A DNA stretch of 31,120 bases from a virus (Duplodnaviria; Caudoviricetes), in IMG/VR virus record IMGVR_UViG_3300009498_000024, positions 1 to 31,120 of that record. One strand, given 5' to 3'. The position numbers were made by a program, and so were the translations under genes. Shown here piece after piece: positions 1-8,064 of this stretch (position 1 is its first letter; the number at the start of each line of letters is the position of its first letter). The notes below the pieces were generated by a model. That model was not told where the DNA came from. It saw nothing but the letters and a program-made list of their open reading frames with translations, and did no database searches.

Positions 1-417
1 ATGCAGACATTTTTACCATACGAAGACTTTACGCTCTCTGCACAATGCCTAGACTACAGAAGGCTAGGTAAGCAGAGAGTCGAAGCTCTACAAATCTTTA
101 ACGCTCTGACTGGAGCGTCTACAAAAGATGGTAGAGAGTACAGAGGGTGGATAAATCATCCAGCTACTAAGATGTGGGAAGGCTACGAGGAAGCACTGCT
201 GCTCTACAAAAACAAAATGATAGAGGAGTGGATTCTAAGAGGATATAATAATACTATGGAAATGTATGGTATATCCAAAAACGTAGAGATGCCATATTGG
301 ATAGGGGATGAGAGAATTCATGCCTCTCATAGAAGCAATCTACTTAGAAAAGACTTCAAGTTCTACTCTAAGTATGGTTGGAGAGAACCAGATAACCTAG
401 AGTATTATTGGATATAG
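1..417 (+). CDS. Pyrimidine-dimer DNA glycosylase-like protein (MSMEG_6728 / endonuclease V-related family)
   Basis: Motifs MQTFLPY..F..SA..LD..RLGKQRVEALQI, GW.NHPA.KMW.GY, P.W.GD..IH.SHRSNLLRKD. Confidence 0.8.
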   Translation: MQTFLPYEDFTLSAQCLDYRRLGKQRVEALQIFNALTGASTKDGREYRGWINHPATKMWEGYEEALLLYKNKMIEEWILRGYNNTMEMYGISKNVEMPYWIGDERIHASHRSNLLRKDFKFYSKYGWREPDNLEYYWI

Positions 418-464
418 AAAAACTATATATAGTAATACTTTAACATAGAAAGAAAGGAATGTCT

Positions 465-1544
465 ATGTGTGGAATTGCAGGATACGCTAAGACACCTAAT
501 GGTCAGACACGCTCTCAGATGAGAACTGTTCGTAAGATATCAAAGTCTCTACTGAACAGTATCGCTGAGAGAGGTAAAGACTCTACAGGTATCGCTATGC
601 TATCTGAAAATTCAGAGCCTATAATTAATAAGACTCTGACAAGTTCAGACAAGTTGGTGAAGTCTAGCAAGTATTCTAATATAGCGAATCAACATCGTAG
701 AAACACATCTATATGTATGATGCATACTAGGTACTCTACAATGGATAGAAATAATATACGAGAATCAGAGGCACACCCATTTGCGATAGGTAAGACTATT
801 GGTAGTCATAATGGTATTGTATATAATTTTGACTCGCTAGACAAAGAACATAAGGGATTGTATTCAGTAGACTCTCAATATATCTTTCACTACATAGAGC
901 AAGAAGATAATCTTCAATCTGCTCTAGATAAGATATATGGAGACTACGCAATCTCTTGGACTAAGAATTCTAATAGAGTTCTTAACCTACTACATGAAGG
1001 TGGTAGAGACTTAGCTATGGCTTATTGGAAAGAGGCTAGAGTATTATTCTATGCTTCGAGACCAGAGTATCTTGATAGAGCTTTTACTCAGTATACAGTA
1101 AATGCCAAGATATTTGAAGCTAAGCATAGTACACATTATGTGTATAATGTTGACAATTTCTCTACACAAGCATCAGGATGTAAGACTACTAAAGTAGACA
1201 CTAGGGCTTTAGAGAATGAATATGGATATAGCTATACTAACTATGGTAGTTGTTCGATAGATGGTGGATGGGTATACGAGGCTGTTGATTGTATAGAGTG
1301 TAACATGAAGGTAGACAAGTTCGATGTAGTAGTAGAAAATGGTAAGTATACTTGTTTAGATTGCGAGTTTATAAACAAGGGTCTAGATGAGAAAGCTCTA
1401 TATGGACTTGAATGTTCTTTTTGTAAGGACATAGGAGATGTACTACACAGAGATGGAAAGGACTATGTATGCGATACTTGTGTAGAGTCTCCAATGCGAG
1501 AGGAGGTTGACTATGGATACGGACAATATGGCTACTTCGATTAA
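465..1544 (+). CDS. Class II (Ntn) glutamine amidotransferase with C-terminal CxxC zinc-finger module
   Basis: MCGIAG N-terminal nucleophile, RGKDSTG, HTRYST, HPF, HNG, VDS motifs. Start moved from 459 to 465 because of SD AAAGGA (453-458) and the need for Cys at position 2. Four CxxC pairs near the C-terminus. Confidence 0.9.
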   Translation: MCGIAGYAKTPNGQTRSQMRTVRKISKSLLNSIAERGKDSTGIAMLSENSEPIINKTLTSSDKLVKSSKYSNIANQHRRNTSICMMHTRYSTMDRNNIRESEAHPFAIGKTIGSHNGIVYNFDSLDKEHKGLYSVDSQYIFHYIEQEDNLQSALDKIYGDYAISWTKNSNRVLNLLHEGGRDLAMAYWKEARVLFYASRPEYLDRAFTQYTVNAKIFEAKHSTHYVYNVDNFSTQASGCKTTKVDTRALENEYGYSYTNYGSCSIDGGWVYEAVDCIECNMKVDKFDVVVENGKYTCLDCEFINKGLDEKALYGLECSFCKDIGDVLHRDGKDYVCDTCVESPMREEVDYGYGQYGYFD

Positions 1545-1839
1545 GAAAAAGAGAATGGCTGTAATCGTAGGCATTGACAGCCCTATACGCATCAAGTCTA
1601 GAGAGTATGTGTTGAAGAAACTATTCGAGAAAGCTAAGAACAATCCATTCGTAGAGGCTAAAGACCTAGACGAGTACATGGTATTTCTTGCTAAAAGAAT
1701 AGAGGAAGTTAACGGAGAGTATATCGAAGATTTATCCATAGATAATATGTATAAAACTCTGAAGAGAATCGGATGGTTACGAGAGATATCCTACTCTATG
1801 TTCATACTAATTACTGCTAGTCAGTACGCTATATCATGA
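1513..1839 (+). CDS. Hypothetical protein
   Basis: GGAGG at 1502-1506 before ATG 1513; lies between the GATase and amidoligase genes. Confidence 0.6.
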   Translation: MDTDNMATSIKKKRMAVIVGIDSPIRIKSREYVLKKLFEKAKNNPFVEAKDLDEYMVFLAKRIEEVNGEYIEDLSIDNMYKTLKRIGWLREISYSMFILITASQYAIS

Positions 1840-1840
1840 G

Positions 1841-3229
1841 GTGTCTATGACAACAGAAGTAAAATGTGCAGAGTGCGATGTAGACATAACAGGAAACTCT
1901 GAACATGACCACGACCTAGAGGTATGTGTTGATTGTATAGAAGAAAAGTACGATGGCTGTCAGCACTGCGACCAAGTCTTTCCTAAGAGTGATATGATTG
2001 AAGTAGAGGATGAACCAACTTGCGAAGATTGTTTCGGAGAGTTTTATGAAGAGTGTTATGATTGTCAAGATATAATAACTCAAGACGAAAGTTATTACTC
2101 TGAGTCTAGTCGAGAAGCGTTTTGTATTGATTGTTATTACGAGCGATATACTAGATGTGAATCTTGCGACTACGAGATGAATAGCGACGAGACAAACTAC
2201 AGCGAGAGTGATGGATGTAACTATTGCGATGACTGCTATGAGAATGATACTGATGTAGACCTAGATTCCTATGGTACTGTAAAAATACATAGGTCAAACT
2301 CTTTTGATAGAAATAAGTTTAGTAGAGCTGTTGGTGTAGAGATAGAAGCCTGCAATAGTTATAATGACGAGATGGACAGAACTAGAGTATACGAGAACAA
2401 CTTTGAGTTAAAAAATAACTGGAGAGTCGTTCATGATGGGAGTATACATCCAAGTGGAGACGATGGTGGTATAGGTAGAGAATTTGTAACTAGAGGTGGA
2501 ATGTCTGGAGATGAATTATACCTATCAGTTAATAATATTACAGACATACTCACTAAGAATGGATGGTATGTAAATAAGTCTTGTGGTCTCCATGTACACA
2601 TAGATGCCAGAGACTTAAATGCTAGACAACTTGCATATATATTAATGGTAGCTAAACTATGTGAACCTGTTATATACAAGATGATGCCTCCCTCCAGAGA
2701 TACTAGTAGATGGGCAAAACGTATACCTATGAGCGTATCACAGATAAGTAAAATACACGACGAAGAGGACTTTATAGATACATGGTATCGCTCTCATGGT
2801 ACTAATCCTAGTATGGAGAAGTACAACGATGCTAGATACTGTGGATTTAATATGCACTCTAGAATAATACATGGCTCGATAGAGTTCAGACATCACTCTG
2901 GCACTCTCAATCCTAGTAAGATAATAAATTGGATAGAGATTTGTCAGTCTATTATAAAGACAGGTTTAGATTTATACTATCTAATAGAGAAAAAGCAATT
3001 AGCGAGACAAAGAATCTCTATAACTAGAGCTAAAGAACTTGTAAAAGTCTGGAGACTTATACAAAGTATAGATGATAAGTCTAAATTGTTTACTTTAGAG
3101 TCTATGGGAATGGCTCTCGACTTGGATATAATTCTAAGAACTCACATAAATTATAGGATTAACAAATTCTATGATGAGGATAAACAAGATGATTATAATG
3201 CAATAGAATTCAATCCTATAGTAGGTTAA
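1841..3229 (+). CDS. Putative amidoligase (Amidoligase_2-like, glutamine-synthetase-fold COOH-NH2 ligase) with N-terminal CxxC repeat array
   Basis: VGVEIE, WRVVHDGSI, GREFVT, VNKSCGLHVHID, RYCGFN, SIEFRHHSGTL motifs; eight CxxC pairs in an acidic N-terminal region. The start could be ATG 1847. Confidence 0.85.
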   Translation: MSMTTEVKCAECDVDITGNSEHDHDLEVCVDCIEEKYDGCQHCDQVFPKSDMIEVEDEPTCEDCFGEFYEECYDCQDIITQDESYYSESSREAFCIDCYYERYTRCESCDYEMNSDETNYSESDGCNYCDDCYENDTDVDLDSYGTVKIHRSNSFDRNKFSRAVGVEIEACNSYNDEMDRTRVYENNFELKNNWRVVHDGSIHPSGDDGGIGREFVTRGGMSGDELYLSVNNITDILTKNGWYVNKSCGLHVHIDARDLNARQLAYILMVAKLCEPVIYKMMPPSRDTSRWAKRIPMSVSQISKIHDEEDFIDTWYRSHGTNPSMEKYNDARYCGFNMHSRIIHGSIEFRHHSGTLNPSKIINWIEICQSIIKTGLDLYYLIEKKQLARQRISITRAKELVKVWRLIQSIDDKSKLFTLESMGMALDLDIILRTHINYRINKFYDEDKQDDYNAIEFNPIVG

Positions 3230-3250
3230 AATAATAGAAAGAGGTACTAC

Positions 3251-3448
3251 ATGAATGACAGTAATTTACAGAGAGCTATAAGAACTATACTCTCTCAGTA
3301 TGAAATAAAAGAGATTAGCAGCGTAAGGATTGCTGAGAGCGAAGTTCACAATTGGATTATAGAATTTGATACTGATAGAATAACACCAAGTGGCAAGAGG
3401 ATTAGTGTCTCGATGCCTGTTACTATAAAGTATGTTGAGGTAGAGTAA
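3251..3448 (+). CDS. Hypothetical protein
   Basis: SD AGAAAGAGGT upstream; 65 aa. Confidence 0.6.
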   Translation: MNDSNLQRAIRTILSQYEIKEISSVRIAESEVHNWIIEFDTDRITPSGKRISVSMPVTIKYVEVE

Positions 3449-3603
3449 TGGAGATAACTTTAGAATTAATTAGAAAGATTGCCAAAGATATTATTGATGG
3501 GCAAATTGATGACATAGATTTTGTAGATTTTCAAAGAGGTGAAAGATTGGCTCTTAGAATGTTAATACAGACTCTTGAAGATATGCAGAAAAGAGATAAA
3601 TAA
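3448..3603 (+). CDS. Hypothetical protein, 51 aa (not in ORF track)
   Basis: TAATG overlap with previous stop, GAGG upstream; MEITLELIRKIAKDIIDG...QKRDK. Confidence 0.6.
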   Translation: MEITLELIRKIAKDIIDGQIDDIDFVDFQRGERLALRMLIQTLEDMQKRDK

Positions 3604-3604
3604 C

Positions 3605-3633
3605 TTGATAAACAATTTTATAAATTGTATATT
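3605..3633 (+). promoter_or_regulatory. Sigma70-type promoter with a palindrome in the spacer
   Basis: TTGATA (3605-3610), 17-nt spacer, TATATT (3628-3633); inverted repeat ACAATTT-tat-AAATTGT at 3612-3628; directly upstream of the recombination genes. Confidence 0.6.
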
Positions 3634-3660
3634 AGATGATGCAAATAGAAAGGAAAATAT

Positions 3661-4554
3661 ATGCCAGCTATAGGATTTAAATACCCTGAAGGAGACAAGA
3701 TATTATTCGAAGATATTCTAGGCATAGAGAACAAACTAGATGTAGAGAGAATGGGAATATATACTCCTGCATTAAAAGAGATGGCGAAGGTTAGAGAGCC
3801 TGATAGAAAGCCTAGCGTTACAGAACTCTTAAATGGAACTTGTCAGGCGTACCTTGAAAGGACTAGAGATTTCTATATAGACCCACAAGAACAAGCGTTC
3901 GCATTACTAGGTACTACACATCATAAAGCTCTAGAAGTAAATGCAGAAGAGAGTGATGCTGAGCAAGAACTAGAGCTTTGGAATATAACAGGTATCGTAG
4001 ACCTGTACGATAGCAAGACAAAAAATTTAGTAGACTATAAAAGTACAGGCTCTTACAAAGCGTCTAAGGTTTTAGGTCTAGACTTTTACTTGGCAGATGA
4101 CCCAACAGGAGAAGTATACAAGAGAAGTGGTAGATGGGGAAAGAAGGGAGAGCCAAAGAAAGTAAAGAGATACTGGAGAAATCCAGAGAAGGCTGAGCTA
4201 GGAGATTGGTCATGGCAAATTAATATGTATAGACTAATGCTGCAGTCTCAAGGTAAGCAAGTAGATAAGATGTATGTGCAGATGATAGTCAGAGATGGAG
4301 GAGTAGCAGCATCACGAGACAGAGGAATAGATAGAAATATATATTTGATAGAGGTTCCGTTCATACATGACGACCACCTAAAAGAAAAATTTATAAGTAA
4401 AAGAGACTTGCTATTGGAAGCTCTAGAGTCAAGAGAGATTCCTAATAAATGTAGCGATTCTGAAACATGGGGAGGTATAAAGTGCGAGAGATTTTGTCCT
4501 GTACGAGAGTTCTGTCCACATATATCCCCATACACAATAGAAGGAGATGATTAA
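3661..4554 (+). CDS. Cas4-like / RecB-family PD-(D/E)XK exonuclease
   Basis: PSVTEL...C, LGTTHH, GIVDLYD, LVDYKS, QINMY motifs and C-terminal CERFCPVREFC (Fe-S ligand pattern). Confidence 0.8.
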   Translation: MPAIGFKYPEGDKILFEDILGIENKLDVERMGIYTPALKEMAKVREPDRKPSVTELLNGTCQAYLERTRDFYIDPQEQAFALLGTTHHKALEVNAEESDAEQELELWNITGIVDLYDSKTKNLVDYKSTGSYKASKVLGLDFYLADDPTGEVYKRSGRWGKKGEPKKVKRYWRNPEKAELGDWSWQINMYRLMLQSQGKQVDKMYVQMIVRDGGVAASRDRGIDRNIYLIEVPFIHDDHLKEKFISKRDLLLEALESREIPNKCSDSETWGGIKCERFCPVREFCPHISPYTIEGDD

Positions 4555-5124
4555 TTGAATAGTGTATTTGAGAAACTAGATAGCGTAGATGTCTCGAAAA
4601 AAGCTGAGAAAAAGGGTAGGTTTACCTATCTCAGTTGGGCATGGGCAGTAAGAGAGTTACTGAGAATTGCTCCAGACTCTACGTGGATAGTCCACGAGTG
4701 GGGAGTTGAAGGCAATAAGCAGCCGTATATGCAGACACAAGCTGGATGTTTTGTCAAAGTCTCTCTAACAGTTGATGGTATAACAAGAGAGCAAGTACAC
4801 CCTGTACTAGACAATAGAAACCAACCTATCAAAGAGCCTAATGCTTTTGAAATAAACACATCTATACAGAGATGTTTAGCTAAAGCTATTGCTCTGCATG
4901 GTCTGGGTCTATACATATTTGCAGGAGAAGATTTGCCTGATAATTCTCTATCGAGTAACGATGTATCAGAGCTACTTAATCTAGCTGATAAGATAGGTAA
5001 AGAAGAATTAGAGAGAGTTAGAAAGGCTTTAGAAGTTGGAAATATAAACAAGAGTAATCTAGATAAGACAATGTCTGCCCTAGAGAATCTCGCAATTAGT
5101 AAGAAGGAGAATGATAATGAGTGA
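4555..5124 (+). CDS. Sak3 / DUF1071-type single-strand annealing protein
   Basis: KKGRFTYLSWAWA, INTSIQRCLAKAIALHGLGLYIFAGEDLP; TTG start with GGAG upstream. Confidence 0.85.
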   Translation: MNSVFEKLDSVDVSKKAEKKGRFTYLSWAWAVRELLRIAPDSTWIVHEWGVEGNKQPYMQTQAGCFVKVSLTVDGITREQVHPVLDNRNQPIKEPNAFEINTSIQRCLAKAIALHGLGLYIFAGEDLPDNSLSSNDVSELLNLADKIGKEELERVRKALEVGNINKSNLDKTMSALENLAISKKENDNE

Positions 5125-5689
5125 TGTAAACTCTATAATGGGAAGTAATGAAGCATACTATGACCCATCTAAAGATGTTCCATCTTTAATTCCAGAGGGT
5201 ATGTTTAAAGCATACGCTACTAAACTGTCTGAGAGGGAGGTGATTGTAAGAGACAAATACGTAGCAGATGTATTCGATATGGAGTTCGAACTAGCAGAAG
5301 AGAACAAAGGAGAGAGTGTAGAAATAGGTAGTAAAGCTATAGACAAGGGTGAATATGCTGGTAAAACAGTACGCTCTAAAGGTTTCTTTAGATTTAAGAA
5401 GCCAGACCCAAGCAACTCTCTACATGATGGATTAGAGATGAATACAGCGTCTAATAAATCCTATATGGAATTATTAAATTCATTCTCTATTGAGACTGAA
5501 GAGGACAAAGAAGGTCGCTACTTCCTTCCACATATCAATGAGAGTGACGTTAGTGGTAAAGCTGTTATACTAGAAATTGTCCACGACCATTGGACTTCTA
5601 GAGAAGGCGATGCTATGGTTACTCCAAAAGCTAAAGCTATCTTTGAATGGGAAGGACAAGCTCCCAAAAAAGAAGAGCTGCCGTTTTAA
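5117..5689 (+). CDS. Putative single-stranded DNA-binding protein (OB-fold-like)
   Basis: Follows the exonuclease and annealase; acidic; C-terminal EELPF tail typical of SSBs; start 5117 chosen from GGAG at 5106-5109. Confidence 0.6.
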   Translation: MSDVNSIMGSNEAYYDPSKDVPSLIPEGMFKAYATKLSEREVIVRDKYVADVFDMEFELAEENKGESVEIGSKAIDKGEYAGKTVRSKGFFRFKKPDPSNSLHDGLEMNTASNKSYMELLNSFSIETEEDKEGRYFLPHINESDVSGKAVILEIVHDHWTSREGDAMVTPKAKAIFEWEGQAPKKEELPF

Positions 5690-5700
5690 TTAGTTGAGTA

Positions 5701-5752
5701 AGAGGGGTGGTGTTTTTGTTTAGTGACATGACATTCCTTTTTCCACCCCTCT
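5701..5752 (+). ncRNA. Intergenic hairpin with a loop antisense to an SD plus start codon (candidate sRNA)
   Basis: Perfect 10-bp stem AGAGGGGTGG (5701-5710) / CCACCCCTCT (5743-5752) with a 32-nt loop; no U-tract after the stem. Confidence 0.55.
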
Positions 5753-5774
5753 ATACCATAACATTAGGATATAT

Positions 5775-6074
5775 ATGAATTTATTTGATAAAATTACTTG
5801 CGATTGTTGCCCACCAAATAGACATGAAGAGTTAGATATAGTAGGGATACCAATAGACTATAGAAGCTCTACTCAATTTATTGGTGATAATACAATTACT
5901 TTTCATAGAGAAGATAGGAGTTATGTTTTTATGAATTGTAGAGATTGCTTTAAAGATTTAGACCCATTAAAAGATATTATGAAGGATAGAGTTTGTAATT
6001 CATGCTCTGATAAAAATGAAGAATTTTGGAATAGTATAATTAAATTATTGGAGGATAGTTATAGTGAAGTTTAA
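5775..6074 (+). CDS. Hypothetical Cys-rich protein
   Basis: AGGA upstream; CDCC, CRDC and CNSC. Confidence 0.55.
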   Translation: MNLFDKITCDCCPPNRHEELDIVGIPIDYRSSTQFIGDNTITFHREDRSYVFMNCRDCFKDLDPLKDIMKDRVCNSCSDKNEEFWNSIIKLLEDSYSEV

Positions 6075-6234
6075 ACATATCGAAGAGCTAGAGTCTATGT
6101 ATGTAACAAAAGGAAACGGCAGCACTGATGACGACATAGAAGAATTTAAAAAGTTTATATGGAAACAGGCAGAGATTAGAGGTCTTGTCATTAATATGAA
6201 AGAGAGTCAAGGTGAAGATAGAAACGTGGAATGA
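6064..6234 (+). CDS. Hypothetical protein, 56 aa (not in ORF track)
   Basis: GGAGG upstream of GTG 6064; MKFKHIEELESMYVTKG...; fills the gap between neighbouring genes. Confidence 0.55.
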   Translation: MKFKHIEELESMYVTKGNGSTDDDIEEFKKFIWKQAEIRGLVINMKESQGEDRNVE

Positions 6235-6433
6235 GATTATGGATAAGATGTGTAGTCTTATGGGTTATGACAAAGGAATAGAGGCCTGTGTAGATGCTAA
6301 GCGTGAAATAAAACCTAGCACACCTATCTACGAACTGTCAAAGAGAGATGATAAGTATTTGATACACAAACTTAGAAAGACATACACAAATTACAAGAAT
6401 TCACCAGCTTCATACGGATACGAAGCTGAATAA
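6212..6433 (+). CDS. Hypothetical protein
   Basis: 73-aa ORF in the co-oriented gene run. Confidence 0.55.
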   Translation: MKIETWNEIMDKMCSLMGYDKGIEACVDAKREIKPSTPIYELSKRDDKYLIHKLRKTYTNYKNSPASYGYEAE

Positions 6434-6436
6434 TAA

Positions 6437-6560
6437 TTGGTAGAGAGATTTTAAATTGAAACTTAAATAACCAGTGGTGTACCTTTATACTCTTTTGGCA
6501 AAAACTACTAGGTTAATAAAGTTGGCATTTAATAAAGGGCTGGCGTCTTCTCTCTACCAA
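6437..6560 (+). ncRNA. Candidate structured RNA (~124 nt)
   Basis: 12-bp closing stem TTGGTAGAGAGA (6437-6448) / TCTCTCTACCAA (6549-6560); nested pairs CCAG/CTGG and CCTTTAT/ATAAAGG; fills nearly the whole intergenic space. Confidence 0.55.
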
Positions 6561-6577
6561 AACATTTTGGAGATAAT

Positions 6578-6814
6578 ATGAAAAGAAAAAAACAAAAACC
6601 TACTATGAAAGAAGTTTACGCAGACGTAGGGACATTGTTTAAAGTAGTAAGTGCTATGGGTTCCACTATGGAATCTATGAGAATTTTACTAGAAAACTAT
6701 TTGGAAATGAAAAAAGATACTGATAAATTAGCTAAGTTCATAGAGAGCAAGGCAGAGGAATTAAAGAATGTTAATAAAAGAAGCGAAGAGTCTAAAGAAA
6801 ATAAACCTACCTAA
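6578..6814 (+). CDS. Hypothetical protein
   Basis: GGAG upstream; 78 aa, helical. Confidence 0.6.
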   Translation: MKRKKQKPTMKEVYADVGTLFKVVSAMGSTMESMRILLENYLEMKKDTDKLAKFIESKAEELKNVNKRSEESKENKPT

Positions 6815-7085
6815 GTATTGCTCTCATTGTGGAGTTAAGAGAAGTGAGTATTGGCACGCTATACTATCTTGTGAAACACCAACAGATGTAGAGCTATATG
6901 AAGATGATGATAATAGGATGCCTCAAATGTCAGGATATAAAAATTATATTCTTTGTGATAAGTGTTCTGAGCAATACAATAAGATGAGTATAGCAGAACA
7001 AAATTATCGTAGAGTAAACTTTGGGTATATAGGTGTGGAATGTAAATGTACAACACTTGGAGAGATATATGTCAAGCAAAAGTAA
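6768..7085 (+). CDS. Hypothetical zinc-finger protein
   Basis: CSHC, CDKC and CKC; GAGG upstream. Confidence 0.55.
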   Translation: MLIKEAKSLKKINLPKYCSHCGVKRSEYWHAILSCETPTDVELYEDDDNRMPQMSGYKNYILCDKCSEQYNKMSIAEQNYRRVNFGYIGVECKCTTLGEIYVKQK

Positions 7086-7380
7086 GCAAAAGGGAAGTAG
7101 ATTTGAAAGAGAGTGTGTCGATATAGCAAAAGATAAAGACATTAAAGCTATTAGAGCCTGGGGTTCTGATGGCAGGTCTTTAGGTCTTGCAGCAGAAGTT
7201 GATATACTAATAGATAAATACAAAGCACAATGTAAAGTAAGAAAGAGAGTAGCAAAATGGTTGAAGCCAAGCAAGGAAGTGGATATACAACTAGTAAAAG
7301 AAGACAGGGGAGAAGTATACGTAATCCAGAGGTACGAAGAATGGTTAGAAATGGTGAGTATTCTCCTAGCTCAGAATTGA
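7069..7380 (+). CDS. Holliday junction resolvase (Hjc-like PD-(D/E)XK nuclease)
   Basis: SKSKQKGSRFERE, RAWGSDG, VDILID, QCK; start 7069 chosen from GGAG at 7059-7062. Confidence 0.8.
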   Translation: MSSKSKQKGSRFERECVDIAKDKDIKAIRAWGSDGRSLGLAAEVDILIDKYKAQCKVRKRVAKWLKPSKEVDIQLVKEDRGEVYVIQRYEEWLEMVSILLAQN

Positions 7381-7682
7381 CACCAGAAAGAGGATGGAAA
7401 TCTGAAGATGAACATCTTTATAAATGTAGAGACGTAGCTAAGCAAGAGTCTTTAGTGCATTATTTTAATGAAGATTGGTTTGACTTTGAATCACTAACAA
7501 AAGAAAATAGAAGCGAAGGAGCTTCAAAGCTTAGATATTCTAGCTCACCTAATAGATGCGAATATTGTAAGAAAGCTTGGTGTCGTATTAGTGATGGAGG
7601 TTCAGATAATTTTTATTATCTAGACGATACTAACTTTGCTAATGTTCGTATGGATAAAGAGCCTTGTCCTAACTGTGCGTAG
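7377..7682 (+). CDS. Hypothetical zinc-ribbon protein
   Basis: CEYC...CPNC; start uncertain (TTG 7377 overlapping the previous stop is preferred to 7257). Confidence 0.55.
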   Translation: MTPERGWKSEDEHLYKCRDVAKQESLVHYFNEDWFDFESLTKENRSEGASKLRYSSSPNRCEYCKKAWCRISDGGSDNFYYLDDTNFANVRMDKEPCPNCA

Positions 7683-8064
7683 TAAGAATACAGATAAATG
7701 TCCTAGCTGCGGCTCAACTCTTAAATCTAAAAACTTAGATAAGCAGATTGACGCTATTCTTTTGTCTAGAAGCAAAGAGTATGGCAAGCTGTACGAGTAT
7801 GTAAAGTCAGAGATAAATAAAAGTAGGACTGTTAAGTTATCAAGTAGAGAGATACATTCATTCTTAAACAGTACAAAAGAATGTGATGAGGAGATGGCTA
7901 TTATTTCTATGAATCAATACATAGAAAATAATGTAGCTATGGAAGGAAAGGGATTGCCTTATCTAGCAGCAATTATAAATAACTCTACTATAACAAAAAA
8001 ATCTAAGCAAGAACATGAGTTTAAAACGCTAGATAGAATCCCACCAATAATAGACAGAGGATAA
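7675..8064 (+). CDS. Putative replication initiator / helicase-loader-like protein
   Basis: N-terminal CPSCG and a DnaD-like 'LPYLAAII' segment; abuts dnaB; start uncertain (7636 or GTG 7675). Confidence 0.4.
   Translation: MRSKNTDKCPSCGSTLKSKNLDKQIDAILLSRSKEYGKLYEYVKSEINKSRTVKLSSREIHSFLNSTKECDEEMAIISMNQYIENNVAMEGKGLPYLAAIINNSTITKKSKQEHEFKTLDRIPPIIDRG

Noticed and set aside
1495-1544. LysW-like carrier motif (EEVDYG after zinc ribbons) at the GATase C-terminus
   Set aside because: The residues are dictated by the overlapping GGAGG and ATG of the next gene, and the terminal Glu of EDWGE is absent
3661-4554. CRISPR-Cas system suggested by the Cas4-like gene
   Set aside because: No repeat-spacer array or other cas gene is visible; the context is a recombination module
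5637-5729. 30-aa minus-strand ORF (MSLNKNTTPL...) starting in the hairpin loop, as a possible type I toxin
   Set aside because: Antisense to the SSB-like gene, no minus-strand promoter evident and only a marginal hydrophobic stretch; kept only as an alternative reading of the hairpin
6437-6560. tRNA gene
   Set aside because: No cloverleaf or T-loop GTTC motif is recognisable here or in other intergenic gaps
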